From positions 64,050 to 128,049 of the forward strand of contig JAAOMT010000786.1 of NCBI GenBank assembly GCA_016748015.1: a stretch of 64,000 nt of DNA, given 5' to 3'. Each line of letters begins with the position of its first letter. Position 1 is the stretch's first letter. Shown here piece by piece: positions 1 to 13,339 of the stretch. The DNA comes from Geosiphon pyriformis uo1 (Eukaryota; Fungi; Glomeromycota). Made by a program: the position numbers and the translations under genes. The notes under the pieces are model-generated. The model ran no database searches, was not told the DNA's origin, and worked only from the letters and a program-made list of their open reading frames with translations.

Positions 1-686
1 AAACAGTTGACACACACGTGTACCAGCCACGTGTGGCCATTTTAAGACCATTAACTCAGCAGCCCCACTTATCGAATTTGAGGAAGACAAAAAGAAACCT
101 ACCTGGGAAGCGTACCAAGTCTCTTGGGCCAATGAAAACCACAATAAGCTACCACTGATACTTTCTTGGGACAACAAAGGAAAAGGGAAGGAGAACAAAG
201 AACTTACCTGAAATACCAACCAAGCCTGGAAAATGGATGATGATCAAGATGAATCTGCAATCTGGGAGTGGAAAGAAACTGACAAAGGAGAAGAAAAAAG
301 AAACTATTTTTACCAGCAGCACTTACAATCCATACACTTATACTTTATCACAACCATCCAATTATTGTCAACCAAAATTAGAGTGTGTCAATTGTGACAA
401 GAAACTGTCATTAATGGGTGCTTGTTGTGGTGACAATGAAGAATATGTCATGGCAACAAAATTCTATTACTGCCTATGTATCATAGAATGCTTTGAATGA
501 CCAAAACAATAAGAAAAGTGGGACAACCAACCATGTCTTGCATGTAAAACTATCTTGTCTGACGAAGAAATATGGAATAACATTCCTGGGTAAGAAAGGA
601 CATATGATGAGACATGCCAGTATACTATCTTAATAAATGACTAGATACACAAAGAAACTCCTATTGACAATGCCTGGAAAAAAGCA

Positions 687-2012
687 TTGCGACAATTAAA
701 AGAATATCCCCACGACAAACATGAACTTTGGAGAATAGCATATGCGAAAACAGAAGGCACAACAACCAGTAAACTACTGGAAATAAAAAACAACTCTTTA
801 TTTTTTCCTAAACCTGAATACATCCAAACTTTTGATGTCTTTGGCAACATCAAGGACAACCCAGAGAAATTTCATGAACATTACCAGCAATTAACACCCA
901 CCAGAGAAGAGCAAGAACAATGCTTGGAAGAAATAAACACCCAATTATGTGACTACTGTTTAATTCCATGTGACTTCCAGTATTGTAATAAGTGTGACCT
1001 CATTTACAATCCACCACCATGCATGATCTACACGATTCCAGAAAAAGATGAACCAATGAGCAACTGCACATCAGAATTAGAATCAACTTTCAATCCCAAT
1101 TCAAACTCTGACAACAATGATGAGAAAAACACTGGTTCCAGCTCTGCTCAATATGACAACGAAAATGTCAATGATTCAGACTCCGATTCAAATCCCGAAA
1201 TATACATTGCATTTCCTGATCTATCTAAGGAGCAAGAACTCAAATGGTATAGTGACAATAATGAAAGTATTATGCCAAAACGCGTGTATAATACTGATGC
1301 AGGGTTTGATCTAAGATATCTAGAAAAAAAAGCCATCAAATTGAAACCAAATTCGTGCACATGTATTGATCTCAAAATAGCTTTAGAAATTCCAGCAACA
1401 ACCATGGTTCAATTAGTATTTAGAAGTAGCCTAGCGAAAAAAAAAATCAATATCAGAAAAAGAATAATTAACACAGGGTATGTAAGAAATATTATTGCTA
1501 TGCTACAAAATAACTCAGAAAAGGCCTATACCATAGAGCCAAATGAAAAGATAGCACAGGCAATATTTTTGCCTCTGGTGAAAGTAGCTAAATTAGTATT
1601 AGTGGGAAACAGAAAAAAATTAAGGATAACAGCAAGAGGGATACAGAGATTTGGATTCACAAATAGAATAGATATATCAGTTAATATGGCAGAGGAAAAA
1701 ATTGTTGACAAAGGAGAAATTATCTCAACCCATCAAACAATTTCCATTCTGCCATATGACCAGTATATGTTAGTCATAAAAAGGGAAGTAAGGAATCAAC
1801 TTCAATTGTTTGAAGCAGAAGCCACTATTTGTGAATTAGGGGAAATTGGATTCACCAATCTTTACATATCAGCCAAAAGCCCCAAAAACATCAAAATCTC
1901 CATCTATAATACAACTGGAAAGGTCATTGAAATACCAAAGGGAACTATCATTGGATATTTAACCACCAAAGTTAAGGATCAACCACCAAACCACATTTCA
2001 AATTTTCCATAG
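687..2012 (+). pseudogene. Gypsy pol segment: Cys-rich region plus dUTPase domain, followed by a second degenerate dUTPase-like stretch
   Basis: dUTPase motifs in order: DAGFDL, RSSLA, INTGY (from IDxGY), KIAQAIF, RGIQRFG (from RGxxGFGST). Confidence 0.85.
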
Positions 2013-2119
2013 CTTTGCGAATATGTGGACATTATATCACAAACCATCTATGGAAGAAATGAATATTATCTGCTCCAACCAAAACAATTGAAACAGGGAA
2101 TCTAGATCCACTTTAACAG

Positions 2120-3470
2120 ATGCAACTCAAGATGTTACTTAACAATTTCAATGACATCTTTACTAGCAAAAATAAATTTGGCCAAACCAACATCATCCAG
2201 CATCAGATCAAGACTGAAGATGCAATGTCAATTAAACAAAGAACATATGGAGTACCACCAGCTAGCCATGAGATCATTCATCAAGAAATTAACCAAATGC
2301 TTGACAATGGGCTAATTCAGTTATCAATGAGTTCATGGTTATTACCAGTAGTACTGGTCCATAAGAAAAATAGGAAAATCCGTTTTTGTATAGACTACCA
2401 GAAACTAAATGGAGTAACAAAAGATGATAGCTATTCAACTTCAAAGATCCAAGAACTATTTGACGCTTTTGAAGAAAATAAATGGTTCTCAATACTAGAT
2501 TTAGATAGTGGTTACTGGCAAGTAGTCATAGATCTAGCTGACAAAGAAAAAACAGCATTCACCACAAGAGAAGAAAATTTTGAGTTTGAAGTTATGCCAT
2601 TTGGCTTAATGAATGCTCCAGCAACATTCCAAAAGCTCATAGAAATTGTCTATACTAGATTACTATAAAAATCAGTAGTCATATACTTGAATGACACTAA
2701 TGTGTTCTCAAAAACATTCGATGATCATTTGTATCATCTTCAACAAGTGTTCGAAAGATTAAGAAGAACAGAATTAAAACTAAATGCAACCAAATGTTTC
2801 TTTGGAAAAACTGAACTCAAGTTTTTGGGACATGTAGTGAGCAAAAATGGAATCAAAACAGATCCAGACAAGATTGAAGTAGTTAAGAACTTTCTGGTAC
2901 CAACCAACTTGACAGAACTAAGAGCATTTTTAAGTTTTGCAGACTATTATTGCCATTTTATCAAAGACTTTTCAAAACTGGCTCAGTCACTTCACCATCT
3001 ACAGACCAAGAATATGAAGTATGAATAAACCAAAGCTCAACAAGAAGTGTTTAACACATTAAAAAAAAGCTTATCTAAGCTCCAGTATTGATGTATCCAG
3101 ATCATAGCAAACCATTCATAATCACTACTGATGTATCAGATCAAGCATTGAGAACAGTACTATCACAGAAAGAATCAGATGGAAGAGAACATCCAGTAGC
3201 TTATACCAGTAGAAGCTTAAGTCCAGCTGAGAAAAACTATAGAACTCCAGCATTAGAACACTTAACTATCTATTGGGCTGTCATCAAATGGAAGGAATAC
3301 TTGAGTCAAAAGTTTGAAGTGTATACTGATCACAAAGGATTGACTTTAATCCAGAAACAAAAATTTGCAGACAATTGTTATACTAGATAGAAAATAGAAC
3401 TTTCATCATTTAATTATACAGTACATTATAAAAAAGGAAATGACAATAGAAATGCTGACAGACTGTCATG
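2120..3470 (+). pseudogene. Gypsy reverse transcriptase and RNase H (stops and frameshifts)
   Basis: ORF fragments 2120-2668, 2687-3028 and 3088-3390 carry canonical Ty3/Gypsy RT and RH motifs. Confidence 0.95.
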
Positions 3471-3519
3471 AATGAAACAGATCTAAAAACATTCCAACCC
3501 AAAAAAATATAACAAAAGA

Positions 3520-4895
3520 TGAATATACAAAAATACCAACAACTTTAATATTATATAAATACCCAATTATTCAAAGAGAAATTATCTAAAAAAGAACAAA
3601 GAAACATAAAACAATAATCAAAAAATTTTATCAACCATCAAAATATACTTTACCAGAAAAACAGAAGAAATCCAGATCAACCAACTAGAATAATTACAGA
3701 ACCAGAGAAAGAGACAATATTATTTAACATGCACTCAGACCTAACAGCAGGACATTTTCATAAAGAAGCGACCATGAAAAGAATTAGAAAGAAATATTAT
3801 TGGCCATCGATGTATCCAGACATCATTCAATATATTCAAAATTGTGATGCTTGTCAGAAAAGAGGTGGAACAAGACCAAGTGAATCATTAAGACCAATTA
3901 AAGTAGAACAACCATTCGATTACATTGGAATTGACTTAGTTGGACCATTAACAATTACTGGTAGAAGCAATAGATATATTGCAATAGTTATGAACTATCT
4001 CACAAAATGGCCAGAAGCAAAAACCATTCAAAGAGCAGATGCAGAATCCATTGCCAAATTCGTCCATCAAGATTTGATATGTCAACACGGATGTCCAAAA
4101 AAACTACTATCAGATCAAGGAACTCATTTTGTGAATAGAACATTAACAGAATTAAGTCGAAGATTTGGGATAAAAAGACCATTATCATCACCATATCATC
4201 TACAAACAAATGGACTAGTTAAAAGGTTTAACAGAACACTGTGTGAAGCAATTGCCAAAATCAGTCAAGAAAACCAAGATGAATGAGATTTGTTTATACC
4301 ATCAATATTATTTGCTTATCGAATAATGAGACAAAATACTACACAAACAACACCATTTGAATTGGTATATAGTAGGACAGCAACATTACCAGTTGAGAAA
4401 GAAATCAACACATATCCAATAGAACCAATAACAGAAGTTAATTTCCAAGAAACATTGTTGAGAAGAACATATGACTTAATAAAAACACTAGAAAACAGAT
4501 GACAAAAAGCAGCTGATAATATTCAAAAGTCTCAAGAAAAGCAAAAAGAATGATATGATAACCAATTACCAGATAAACCAGTTGAATTCAAGATTGGAGA
4601 CAAAGTACTTTTACATCGTACCAAAGTGGAAAAACAATGAAGTGAAAAATTTGATTCCAAATGAGGTGAACTATTTTACATAGAAGAAATTCTTGAAAAT
4701 GGAACTTATAAATTAAGATGAGACAACAAAATCTTAGCCAAAGCAGCACATAGTGATTGACTGAAATCATATTACCAAATAGTATCATTATCCACCAATA
4801 ACATTCTATAATTAGGAGTACAATGAATACTGGTTCAACCAGATGAGATTCCATAAGATCTGGAACCAATCATAATCATTGGACCAAACATGTAA
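3520..4895 (+). pseudogene. Gypsy integrase (HHCC, DDE core, degenerate GPY/F C-terminus)
   Basis: HSDLTAGHF..CDAC, IGIDLVGPL, YLTKWPEA, SDQGTHF, YHLQTNGLVKRFNRTL, TPFELVY. Confidence 0.95.
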
Positions 4896-4956
4896 AATCA
4901 AACAATAAAAAAGTATATAAAGACACAGTATACATGACAAAGGCAACCAAAAAAAA

Positions 4957-5592
4957 ATGGAAATACCATATCATATTTACGCCATAGTTCAACAATTATT
5001 TCAGGCCTTAAGTTAACAACTTTTAGACATGGAAATTATCATTAACAACCAAACAATTTGCTATCAAAACACCAAAAAAAAGACAAAAAATACACCATAT
5101 CAGCAGTTACCAAAAAATGATAAAAACTGGTCAGATAACATAATAGAAAAAGTAAAAAACACTTTTGGAAAAATACTTATTATGGCACCAACAGAAGAAC
5201 TTACAAAAGAGAATTGAAAGCAATGGACAAAACAACTTCCAATATCATATTGTTACTACCAGTTAGATCAAAAGTTGAATATTCAGGAGTTGTATATCGA
5301 CAAATTTAAGAAAATATTCAACCAAGACATAATACAACAAATTGAAGAATTTATCGGAAAAAAAACAAATTCAACACTATATGTTAAAACAATGTACTGA
5401 CTACACAACATATTTTGGAACAACCCAGAAATACTGTTACACTCTGAAATGGAAACTATAATCATTAACCAATGGGGAAGAATGAACAATACACAAATAG
5501 AAGACATGAGAAACAGAGTCAAACAAACAATACTTGAAAAAGAAATATTAGAATTAATTCAAAACAAAGATTTCGATGGAGCTCAATATTAA
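4957..5592 (+). pseudogene. ORF3 of the Gypsy element, between integrase and PPT; unknown function
   Basis: One frame of about 210 codons (MEIPYHIYAIVQQLFQ...DFDGAQY*) broken by about three stops; ends at the PPT. Confidence 0.6.
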
Positions 5593-5605
5593 AAGAAAGA
5601 GATAA

Positions 5606-6487
5606 TATTACTTATAAAAAGAAAACAGATATAGAAAATAATAGACCAATAAGAGAATAATATTTAGCACATGAGCACATTGCTTAGCAATGTGGAACAA
5701 TATCAAAAAACATGGCACATTGCTCAGCAATGTAAAGCAATGTTAGAAAGCACAACACATTGCTCAGTAATGTGAAGTGATGTTAGAAAATTAGGGCATA
5801 TTGTTCAGCAATGTGAGCATTGCTCAAGAAATCATAACACATCACTTGGAAATATGAGCAATCTTGTAAAACATCAATTATGTATATATAGTGATAGTGT
5901 TAAAAGTAGAAAGAGCAGAATCTTTTAGCTAGAAATTTTCCATCCACAAATATTAAATAAATAAATTGTTCACTATCCAAATCTACTTTCCACTATCAAC
6001 ATGAAGTGTTAATAGTAATTGATATTTAACTACACTGGAACAATAGCTCTTAATCATGGCTATTGATGAAATACTAACTTGCACATTGTCTTGGCTCATT
6101 TTTTTATTTTCTTTTATTTCTTTCTTTCTTTGATTTTTCTTGTTGAATACTAACTGATTAAAGATTAAAATGCTAAATAATTGACGTCACGGATAGCTTG
6201 GTAAAAGACCCAGAAATAAGGGTAAAATTATATATATATTAATAGATAGCTTATTAGAAAGACACGAATGCCAGAATAAACTGGCCACCAAGCTAAAGAC
6301 AGAAATTGGGAACACAAATCACCAACTGACTACATTGTCATTGAATTTCTGTTCATTATACAAAGGACTCCACTCTAAAACCTTCAGATACAACCAACGT
6401 GCCAGTAACATTAGTATTGTTAAGATATTGAGCACCAAGTTACAGATTTGTTATTTGATTTGAGACTCCAAATAATCATCTGTAACA
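5606..6487 (+). repeat. 3' LTR, family 1 (~880 bp)
   Basis: Starts TATTAC (decayed TGTTAC) directly after the polypurine tract AAAAGAAAGAGATAA and ends GTAACA. Its 3' half is similar to the LTRs at 32637, 50353, 52241, 56493 and 57620. Confidence 0.85.
5676..5815. repeat. Four 19-bp palindromes CACATTGCT-N-AGCAATGTG at 40/40/41-bp spacing inside LTR U3
   Basis: Copies start at 5676, 5716, 5756 and 5797. Confidence 0.9.
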
Positions 6488-7796
6488 GTGTTTTCTATTA
6501 TAACAAAGTTGTAGACTATTTTACTAACACTTAAGTGTGTTCTTTTTTTTAGTTTAATTCAACTTTTTTTAAACAGCCAGACTGCTTTGAATGCTTACAA
6601 ATTAAAATTGGGTTTAATATGTCCAGATTTCTGAAATAGATGTTGGGTCAAATATTATTACATTGTGGATATTATTCATAAAAAGAATTTGAATGTCAGC
6701 TGGCATAAAGTAAAAAGTTATTTGGGTGTTCCAGACAATGAACATACTAATGTGTTCATAAAGACTGCTTTACTTTCTGATAAGTACCTCTCTTATCAGA
6801 TTAAAAAACATTATATTAGGGCTAATAATAGCATTGTTTTTGGTAATTCTAGACATTTTGTTTGTGATGTTTTCCATTTTATTTATTATGTGTGCTGAGA
6901 AGTTGGTTCTAATTTTCAGATTGTGACAAACAGTCTGTATACAGATGTTGATTGGTTTAAATTATCTTTGGTATAACACCCTGATTTTCACTTGGCTGCT
7001 GGTTTTACTAATAGAGATATTGCTAATGTTTACATGTATTTTATGAAGACTTTAAATTACTGGCTCCTTGTTGCTATTTGCAAGCATTTGTATGACAGGT
7101 GTTATTTCAATGTAGTGTGTTTGTTCTGTGAAGATATTAAAGTCTTGGACTATGCTTTTTTTTGCTCATTTGACTTTGCTGTTCATGCTTGGTTATTGGA
7201 TGTTCATATAACTAATTGGAGAATGTTTTCTGGTTTTTTTTGTTCTTTTTTGTGTGTATTATAGTTATTGTTTTTCTGTATTTCTGATATTGCAGTGTAT
7301 ATGACTCTGTATAAGGGTTTTGTTTTTAATGATTAGTACTGGAAGTTTTTTTCTGTTTTTAAAAATTCTAAAATTGTAGACCAAAAAATTGTGAACTTTG
7401 TGCACAAGCTTTGCCTTGTGTTTTAAGATAAAATTTGGATGGCTTATGCTAAACACTAGACTTTTATGGAAAAAAATAGACTGATCTTGCATAATAGATC
7501 TATTTTAGTCTCAATAGCTGGGCTTTCTTTGGTGCTTTTGGCTGATATAATTAAATTGTTGAGTGTTACTAAAGCTTTTGAGATTAATTTTAGACTATAT
7601 AAACCTTGTTTGTTTTTTTCGGATATAAATAACTTGGTTTCAGTTTATATAGATGCTTAATATTATTTTAATTAGCCTGAATGACTGATTACATATAGAA
7701 AATGCATAATTTACACCTAGTTTAGATTACTTATATATAATATATTATATTAGGCAATGTTTGAATCTCACTCGTTAAATGTTAATAAAAAAAAAA
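6488..7796 (+). mobile_element. 3' part of a non-LTR retrotransposon (LINE): RNase H, C-terminal Cys/His finger, 3' tail and A-rich end
   Basis: NSQTAL...WHKVKSYLGVPDNEHTN is a decayed RNase H (DSQAAL..KVKGHSGxxGNExAD). Followed by CLFCEDIKVLDYAFFC and a conserved tail (7672-7796) ending in poly(A). Confidence 0.85.
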
Positions 7797-10119
7797 TTTT
7801 TTTTAATTTATAATAAATTAAAATAATTATTAAAATAAAAGAATTTATTTTTACAAAAAAAATATATTGTATAAATTTTTAATAAAAATTTAATTTTGTT
7901 TTTATATAATTTAATTTTTGGTCTAAATAAAATTAAATTTAACTATAAATATAGTAAACAAATATAAATTTAATTAGTAAACAATTTTTAAATAATTTAA
8001 AGTTTTTTTAATATTATTAAATAAATTAATATTAAATATTGTTAATTTTTGGTTTATTATTTTGAATAATAATTTTTGTAATTAGTTATTGCTAAATATT
8101 AACATAAATTAAATTAAAATTGAACTTTAAAGTAAGCACTAAATGTTATAAATAATAGTTTTTAGTAATTATAAATATAGTTTTCTTGGTATTTAAAAAA
8201 AATTTGTTAATAAATCTTAGTTTATAATATTAATATTAATAATATTATTAATCTAAAAATCTAAAAATTAGTTTTATGAATTTTATTAACTCTTAACAAA
8301 ATTAAAATAATTTTTTTTATAAATATTATTAATTTTTTGAATAATTATATTTGTTGTTTTTATTAAAATTGTTGATAATAGCATCTTATTATATTAATTT
8401 ATAAAAAAATTTTTAAAGTATTTTTATATTTTTAATATGTTTTTTTTTGTAACTTGTACAAATATTTTGTCAATATTATACTAAATTTTTAAACATTTAA
8501 ATAATTGTCTTTGCTTATAATATAAATAGTATTATCAAAACATTTTCACACTTTTTAATGCAAAAATTACAATATATACAATGAAAATTAACATCAAAAC
8601 CATATGAAAAAGACTTATATTATTGCACTTAATCAACAAAATCAGCCAGCAATCTGAAAATAAATGATTAGTAATCAGTTCAATTACAACAAAGAAATAT
8701 GGCATAATTCAACAGTTTAACTAAGTTGGATACAAAGAAATCTTGACAAACCAAAAAACACCAATAGAAATAAATAATTGACACATGTAATCTAATAATA
8801 ACAGGCTTTGTTATGTTCTAAGATTCTTATATGCTCTTATTAAAACAATCTAATATTCCAGATCTGCAATTAATAATTAAAAGTGGTTATCAAGAAATGT
8901 ATTAATTAATCTACTTCTAATTATGTTAATCATAATTACAATTGGTATTATTGATTTACGATCAATGTTTTAGATTCAGCCATTTAAAATCTAATTATCT
9001 AAATTACTAGCTTTTGGATAAATAACAGGCCAAGTAAGTTTATTATGAATTAATTAATTTAATATATATAAATAATAGATGTATTTTAAATAGTTTTAAT
9101 ATAATATGTAGATCTGATATAATTTAGCTATATATATAGTCTTTTTGTTAGTTTAAGAAAGTATTAGTTCAATATTGAGCCAACTTTTTGCTATAGTTTT
9201 ATAGTAAGCAGTTAATTTTTTTTCTATTCTTTACTTTTTTTTTCTATACTCTAAATATTTGTTATTACAATTTCAAGTATTTCTTCTCATATTCCTTATT
9301 ATTATTTGGAATTATGTTGTTTATAATCTTTACCTACTTGTTATTATTATTTTAAGTTATTCTATTATTTTCAATCTTTCAAAATCATGTGTTATTACTA
9401 TTTCACATTAAGTCTTGTTTTACTGAACAAGTTGCTAAATATAAAATTAAGTAATAAAATATCACGTTGTTAGAAAGTGGTCTCAACAATAAAAAGTTTA
9501 ATCAAAATCTATTTCAGTTATGTTTTATTTTTACAATTCCTATAACTTTGTTTTCAAAACTGGGCATTTGAATACCACACTTTTTCAATAATTAATTGAA
9601 AAAATTCTGGTTATGTATTTATTAAAGTAGTTGGTTTTACTTCTGTTGTTGGTTGTGCTTTTAATACATATAAAGAGATGTGACTTTTTTTTTTTAAAAT
9701 ACCTAAGACTGGTTTTTGCCCAAAAATAAATAATAATGATAATACTTTCTTTTACTTTTAATGACTTATTATGTACTTTCTTTTGCTTTTCCACCCACTA
9801 AAATAGTCCATACATTTATAATATGCTATAGTTAGTAGCATAATTATGGTAATGTATGTTACCAGTTGAGCTAAAAAATGTTTCTAAATAATAACAAAAA
9901 CCACTGGTAACAATGGTAAATTTTTAAAAAAATAAAAAATAAAAATACAAAACTAAAAGAAATAAAAAAATTAATAACTTATAAATAATCTTAATCAGAA
10001 ATTATTCTTTTAAAAAAATTTTAGATTTTAGAATTAACTAAAAACATTGGTCAAAAGTATGATTTTTTTACTTTATTTAATATTTTAAACACTACACATT
10101 TATCTAAATCTTCTTATAC

Positions 10120-10551
10120 TAAATTAAATCTTTATCTTAATCTTCCTGATTTATTGTTTTCTGAAAAAAAATTGTTTAATTGCATGGTAAAAAACACATG
10201 TTAGTACTTTTCTTTTTTTTGTACAACAAGCTCGTTATTATCTTTCAATTCCAGCAAGTTCTGTTCTTTCTGAACGTCTTTTTTCAGTAGCTGAAAATAC
10301 TTTAACTGAAAAACGTGACCGACTTAGTCCAACAACTTTGTCTGATATTCTTTTTCTTAATATTTTTTTGCAGTATATTCTAAATAAAAATAATATATTA
10401 CATTTTATATTATTATAAATCATATATTTATTATTTAGCCAATTACAATTAATTTCTATATAGGGAAATTAATCAAATCGGTTAACCGGTTTAAACCATT
10501 TAATTTAATCAGTTAACTGGTTACAAAAATTTTAACTGGTTAGAATCACTA
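10120..10551 (+). mobile_element. hAT transposon 3' remnant (dimerisation domain and terminus)
   Basis: Plus-strand frame ARYYLSIPASSVLSERLFSVAENTLTEKRDRLSP matches the hAT C-terminal domain. Subterminal GGTTAACCGGTT/AACTGGTT repeats; end reads ...AGAATCACTA. Confidence 0.75.
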
Positions 10552-10733
10552 TATGTACACCTAAATTCACATTTTTAAAAATCTTTAGTTCTTAATTAGG
10601 TTGATCTGCATTCTAACTATCCAACACAATTTTTTTAAAATGGCCATCAATGTCTTGAAGCTTTCGAAGTCCCCGAATCGATCATTAATCTTTGATTTAT
10701 CACTCAACCTCGGACCAAAGAGTAGCATTAAAT

Positions 10734-13235
10734 ATGTTTGGAAATCTTGCGTCGAAAGGTTCTGGAGCGCTAGGGCAAGTTCAAATGTGAGTTGTTTGAG
10801 TCAAAGAACAAAAGCATATATGTTCTCGCTTTTTGGTTTCCTTTCACATTTCAACTTATCCTGCTCTTGATACTTCAAGCCATAATTTAGCCAAGACGGC
10901 GCGTTCACGGTGTTCCAGAAGGGCTTCTACCTCTTCCGAGATCAATAAATACAGCAAATTTATCACTCAAGAGAAATCCCAAGGAGCCTCACAAGCCATG
11001 TGTGAGTAAACTTTTGTTAAACCCCTAAAAGAGCTTTATCATGAATACGATAATCATTACATGGTTTTACATATCATGTCAGTGTATGCTACCGGCTTGA
11101 AACCGGAAGATATGAATAAAGCTCAAGTTGGAATTGCAAGCGTGTAAGTATCAATGAGCTTTTCGATCCCTTTCCAAACTGACATATTTCCCTTTTTAAT
11201 TCTTCATACACAAAGGTGGTATGAAGGTAATCCATGTAATATGCACCTTCTTGACCTAGCTGCTAAGGTTAAAGAGGGAGTACAAAAAGAGGGATTGATT
11301 GGCTATAGGTTTAATACCATTGGAGTCAGTGACGGGATAAGCATGGGTACGCGTGGTATGAGTTATTCGTTACAGAGTCGAGATTTGATTGCTGATTCTA
11401 TTGAAACGGTAACTATCAAAAAGGAAAATTTATAAAGGTAGATGAGTTTTCCTTACTAACTTTTTGACCTTAATAAAGGTGATGGGTGCTCAATGGTATG
11501 ATGGAAATATTACTATTCCAGGTTGCGATAAAAACATGCCTGGGTGCCTGATTGCGATGGGTCGGCATAATCGCCCTTCATTAATGGTCTATGGGGGAAC
11601 CATTCGTCCTGGTCAATCTCTTTGTGGTCAGGGTTCTTTGGATATTGTATCAGCATTTCAAGCCTATGGCTCTTATGTTGCCGGAAATATAACGGAGGAA
11701 GAGCGCTATGATATCATAAGGCACGCTTGTCCTGGTGCTGGAGCATGTGGTGGAATGTACACTGCTAACACAAGTATTTTCAAGTTGCTTGAATTTAGTT
11801 TCTATTTTTAGAAATAATCCTTCAATATTCTCTGCCACATTTTTTATTTAGTGGCTTCTGCCATTGAAGCATTGGGCATGTCTCTTCCTTACAGCTCTTC
11901 AACGCCAGCGGAATACCCTGGTAAACTTCAGGAATGTTTAGAGGCTGGGAAAGCAATACGCAATCTTCTCGAAAAGGATATCAAACCCAGGGATATTATG
12001 ACACGAAAATCCTTCGAAAATGCTATTGTTACAACGATGATCCTAGGAGGGTCAACTAATGCTGTTTTGCACTTAATTGCCATTGCCAAATCCGTGAATG
12101 TTGATTTGCAACTGGAGGACTTTCAGAGAATCAGTGATTCGACCCCTTTCTTGGCTAATCTTAAGCCGAGGTAAAAATCTTTAAATAATGGTGCATCTTA
12201 ATTATTGCGTCAATTAATTATGAAAAGTATTTTTAATTCCAAGTGGCAAATATATTATGGAAGATTTGCACAAAATTGGGGGTATTCCGGGTAATTGTGG
12301 ATTTGTTCTGTTTATAAGCATACAAAGGCTTTAGAGGTCAATTGTTTGAGCCAGTAAAACAATTTTCCTATCCCATTACTTCCTGTAGCCGTTTTGAAAT
12401 ATTTGTTGCAGAACAACCTTATTAGCGGGGATGCTCTCACTGTCACCGGCAAGACCCTGGCTGAAAACCTTGAGTCTGTAAAAGAATTACAGTTTGACCA
12501 AGATATAATCCGTCCTTTATCAAATCCCATTAAAAAAACAGGTCATATACAGATCCTCTGGGGAAATCTAGCGCCTGAAGGCTCAGTAGCTAAAATTACT
12601 GGCAAAGAAGGTTTGGTTTTTAAAGGAACGGCTAAAGTCTTTGAGGGTGAAGGAGATATGCTGCGTGCCTTTGAAAGAGGAGAAATAAAGAAAGGACAAG
12701 TGATAGTAATTCGTTATGAAGGTCCAAAAGGGGGTCCAGGGATGCCAGAGATGTGTAAGTGCCCATCTCAACTTTCTCGACTTATAAATGGTTTTCTTAC
12801 TTTTTTGAATTAACTTTTGGATCAGTAACACCTACAAGTGCTATAATGGGTGCCGGGCTTGGTCAAGATGTCGCACTTTTGACAGATGGCCGTTTCTCCG
12901 GTGGAAGTCATGTAAATTCCTTTTAATCATCGCTTTTCATCTGGTGCGATTCTTTTAATTAAAAGAAACATATGTTTCTTTCCCTAAAGGGTTTTATCAT
13001 TGGGCACATCACCCCTGAAGCTCAATTGGGGGGTCCCATAGCTTTGGTCGAAAATGGGGATAGTATCGTCATCGATGCTGAGAAAAATATCATCAATGTT
13101 GATCTTTCAGAGGAAGAATTGGCTAAACGAAGAAATGCTTGGGTAGCTCCTCCTTACAAAGCAACGCGAGGAACTCTATATAAATACATTAAGAATGTAA
13201 CAACAGCCACACATGGTTGCGTAACTGATGAATAA
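10734..13235 (+). CDS. ILV3: Dihydroxy-acid dehydratase (mitochondrial, multi-exon)
   Basis: [111 protein letters not shown] introns. The start (ATG 10734, intron ~10787-10879) is inferred and gives an Arg/Ser-rich presequence. Confidence 0.96.
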
Positions 13236-13339
13236 ACCGCTAAGGTGACATGTTATTACAAATTTAAACATAATTGGTATCAAAAAAAAATTAGGCAATT
13301 CATATCTAAAGTTAGCAATTTATCTTTTTCCAAAACGAT

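Larger units (their letters stand above)
1..6487 (+). mobile_element. Ty3/Gypsy LTR retrotransposon (decayed; 5' part outside window): Cys-rich linker, dUTPase, RT, RNase H, integrase, ORF3, PPT, 3' LTR
   Basis: Domain order RT-RH-IN. RT motifs RFCIDYQKLN, LDLDSGYWQV, VMPFGLMNAPATFQ, YLND (decayed YxDD). RH: TDVS..VLSQ, PVAYTSRSL. Integrase: HHCC, GIDLVGP, SDQGTHF. PPT 5591-5605, then an LTR. Confidence 0.95.

Noticed and set aside
5676-5815. CRISPR-like array of palindromic repeats with spacers
   Set aside because: The spacers resemble each other, the array lies inside a fungal LTR, and there are no cas genes. It is a tandem duplication.
7800-10100. Possible kinase (IADL..) or TE coding remnants in very AT-rich DNA
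   Set aside because: Too decayed to assign; only isolated motif-like words.
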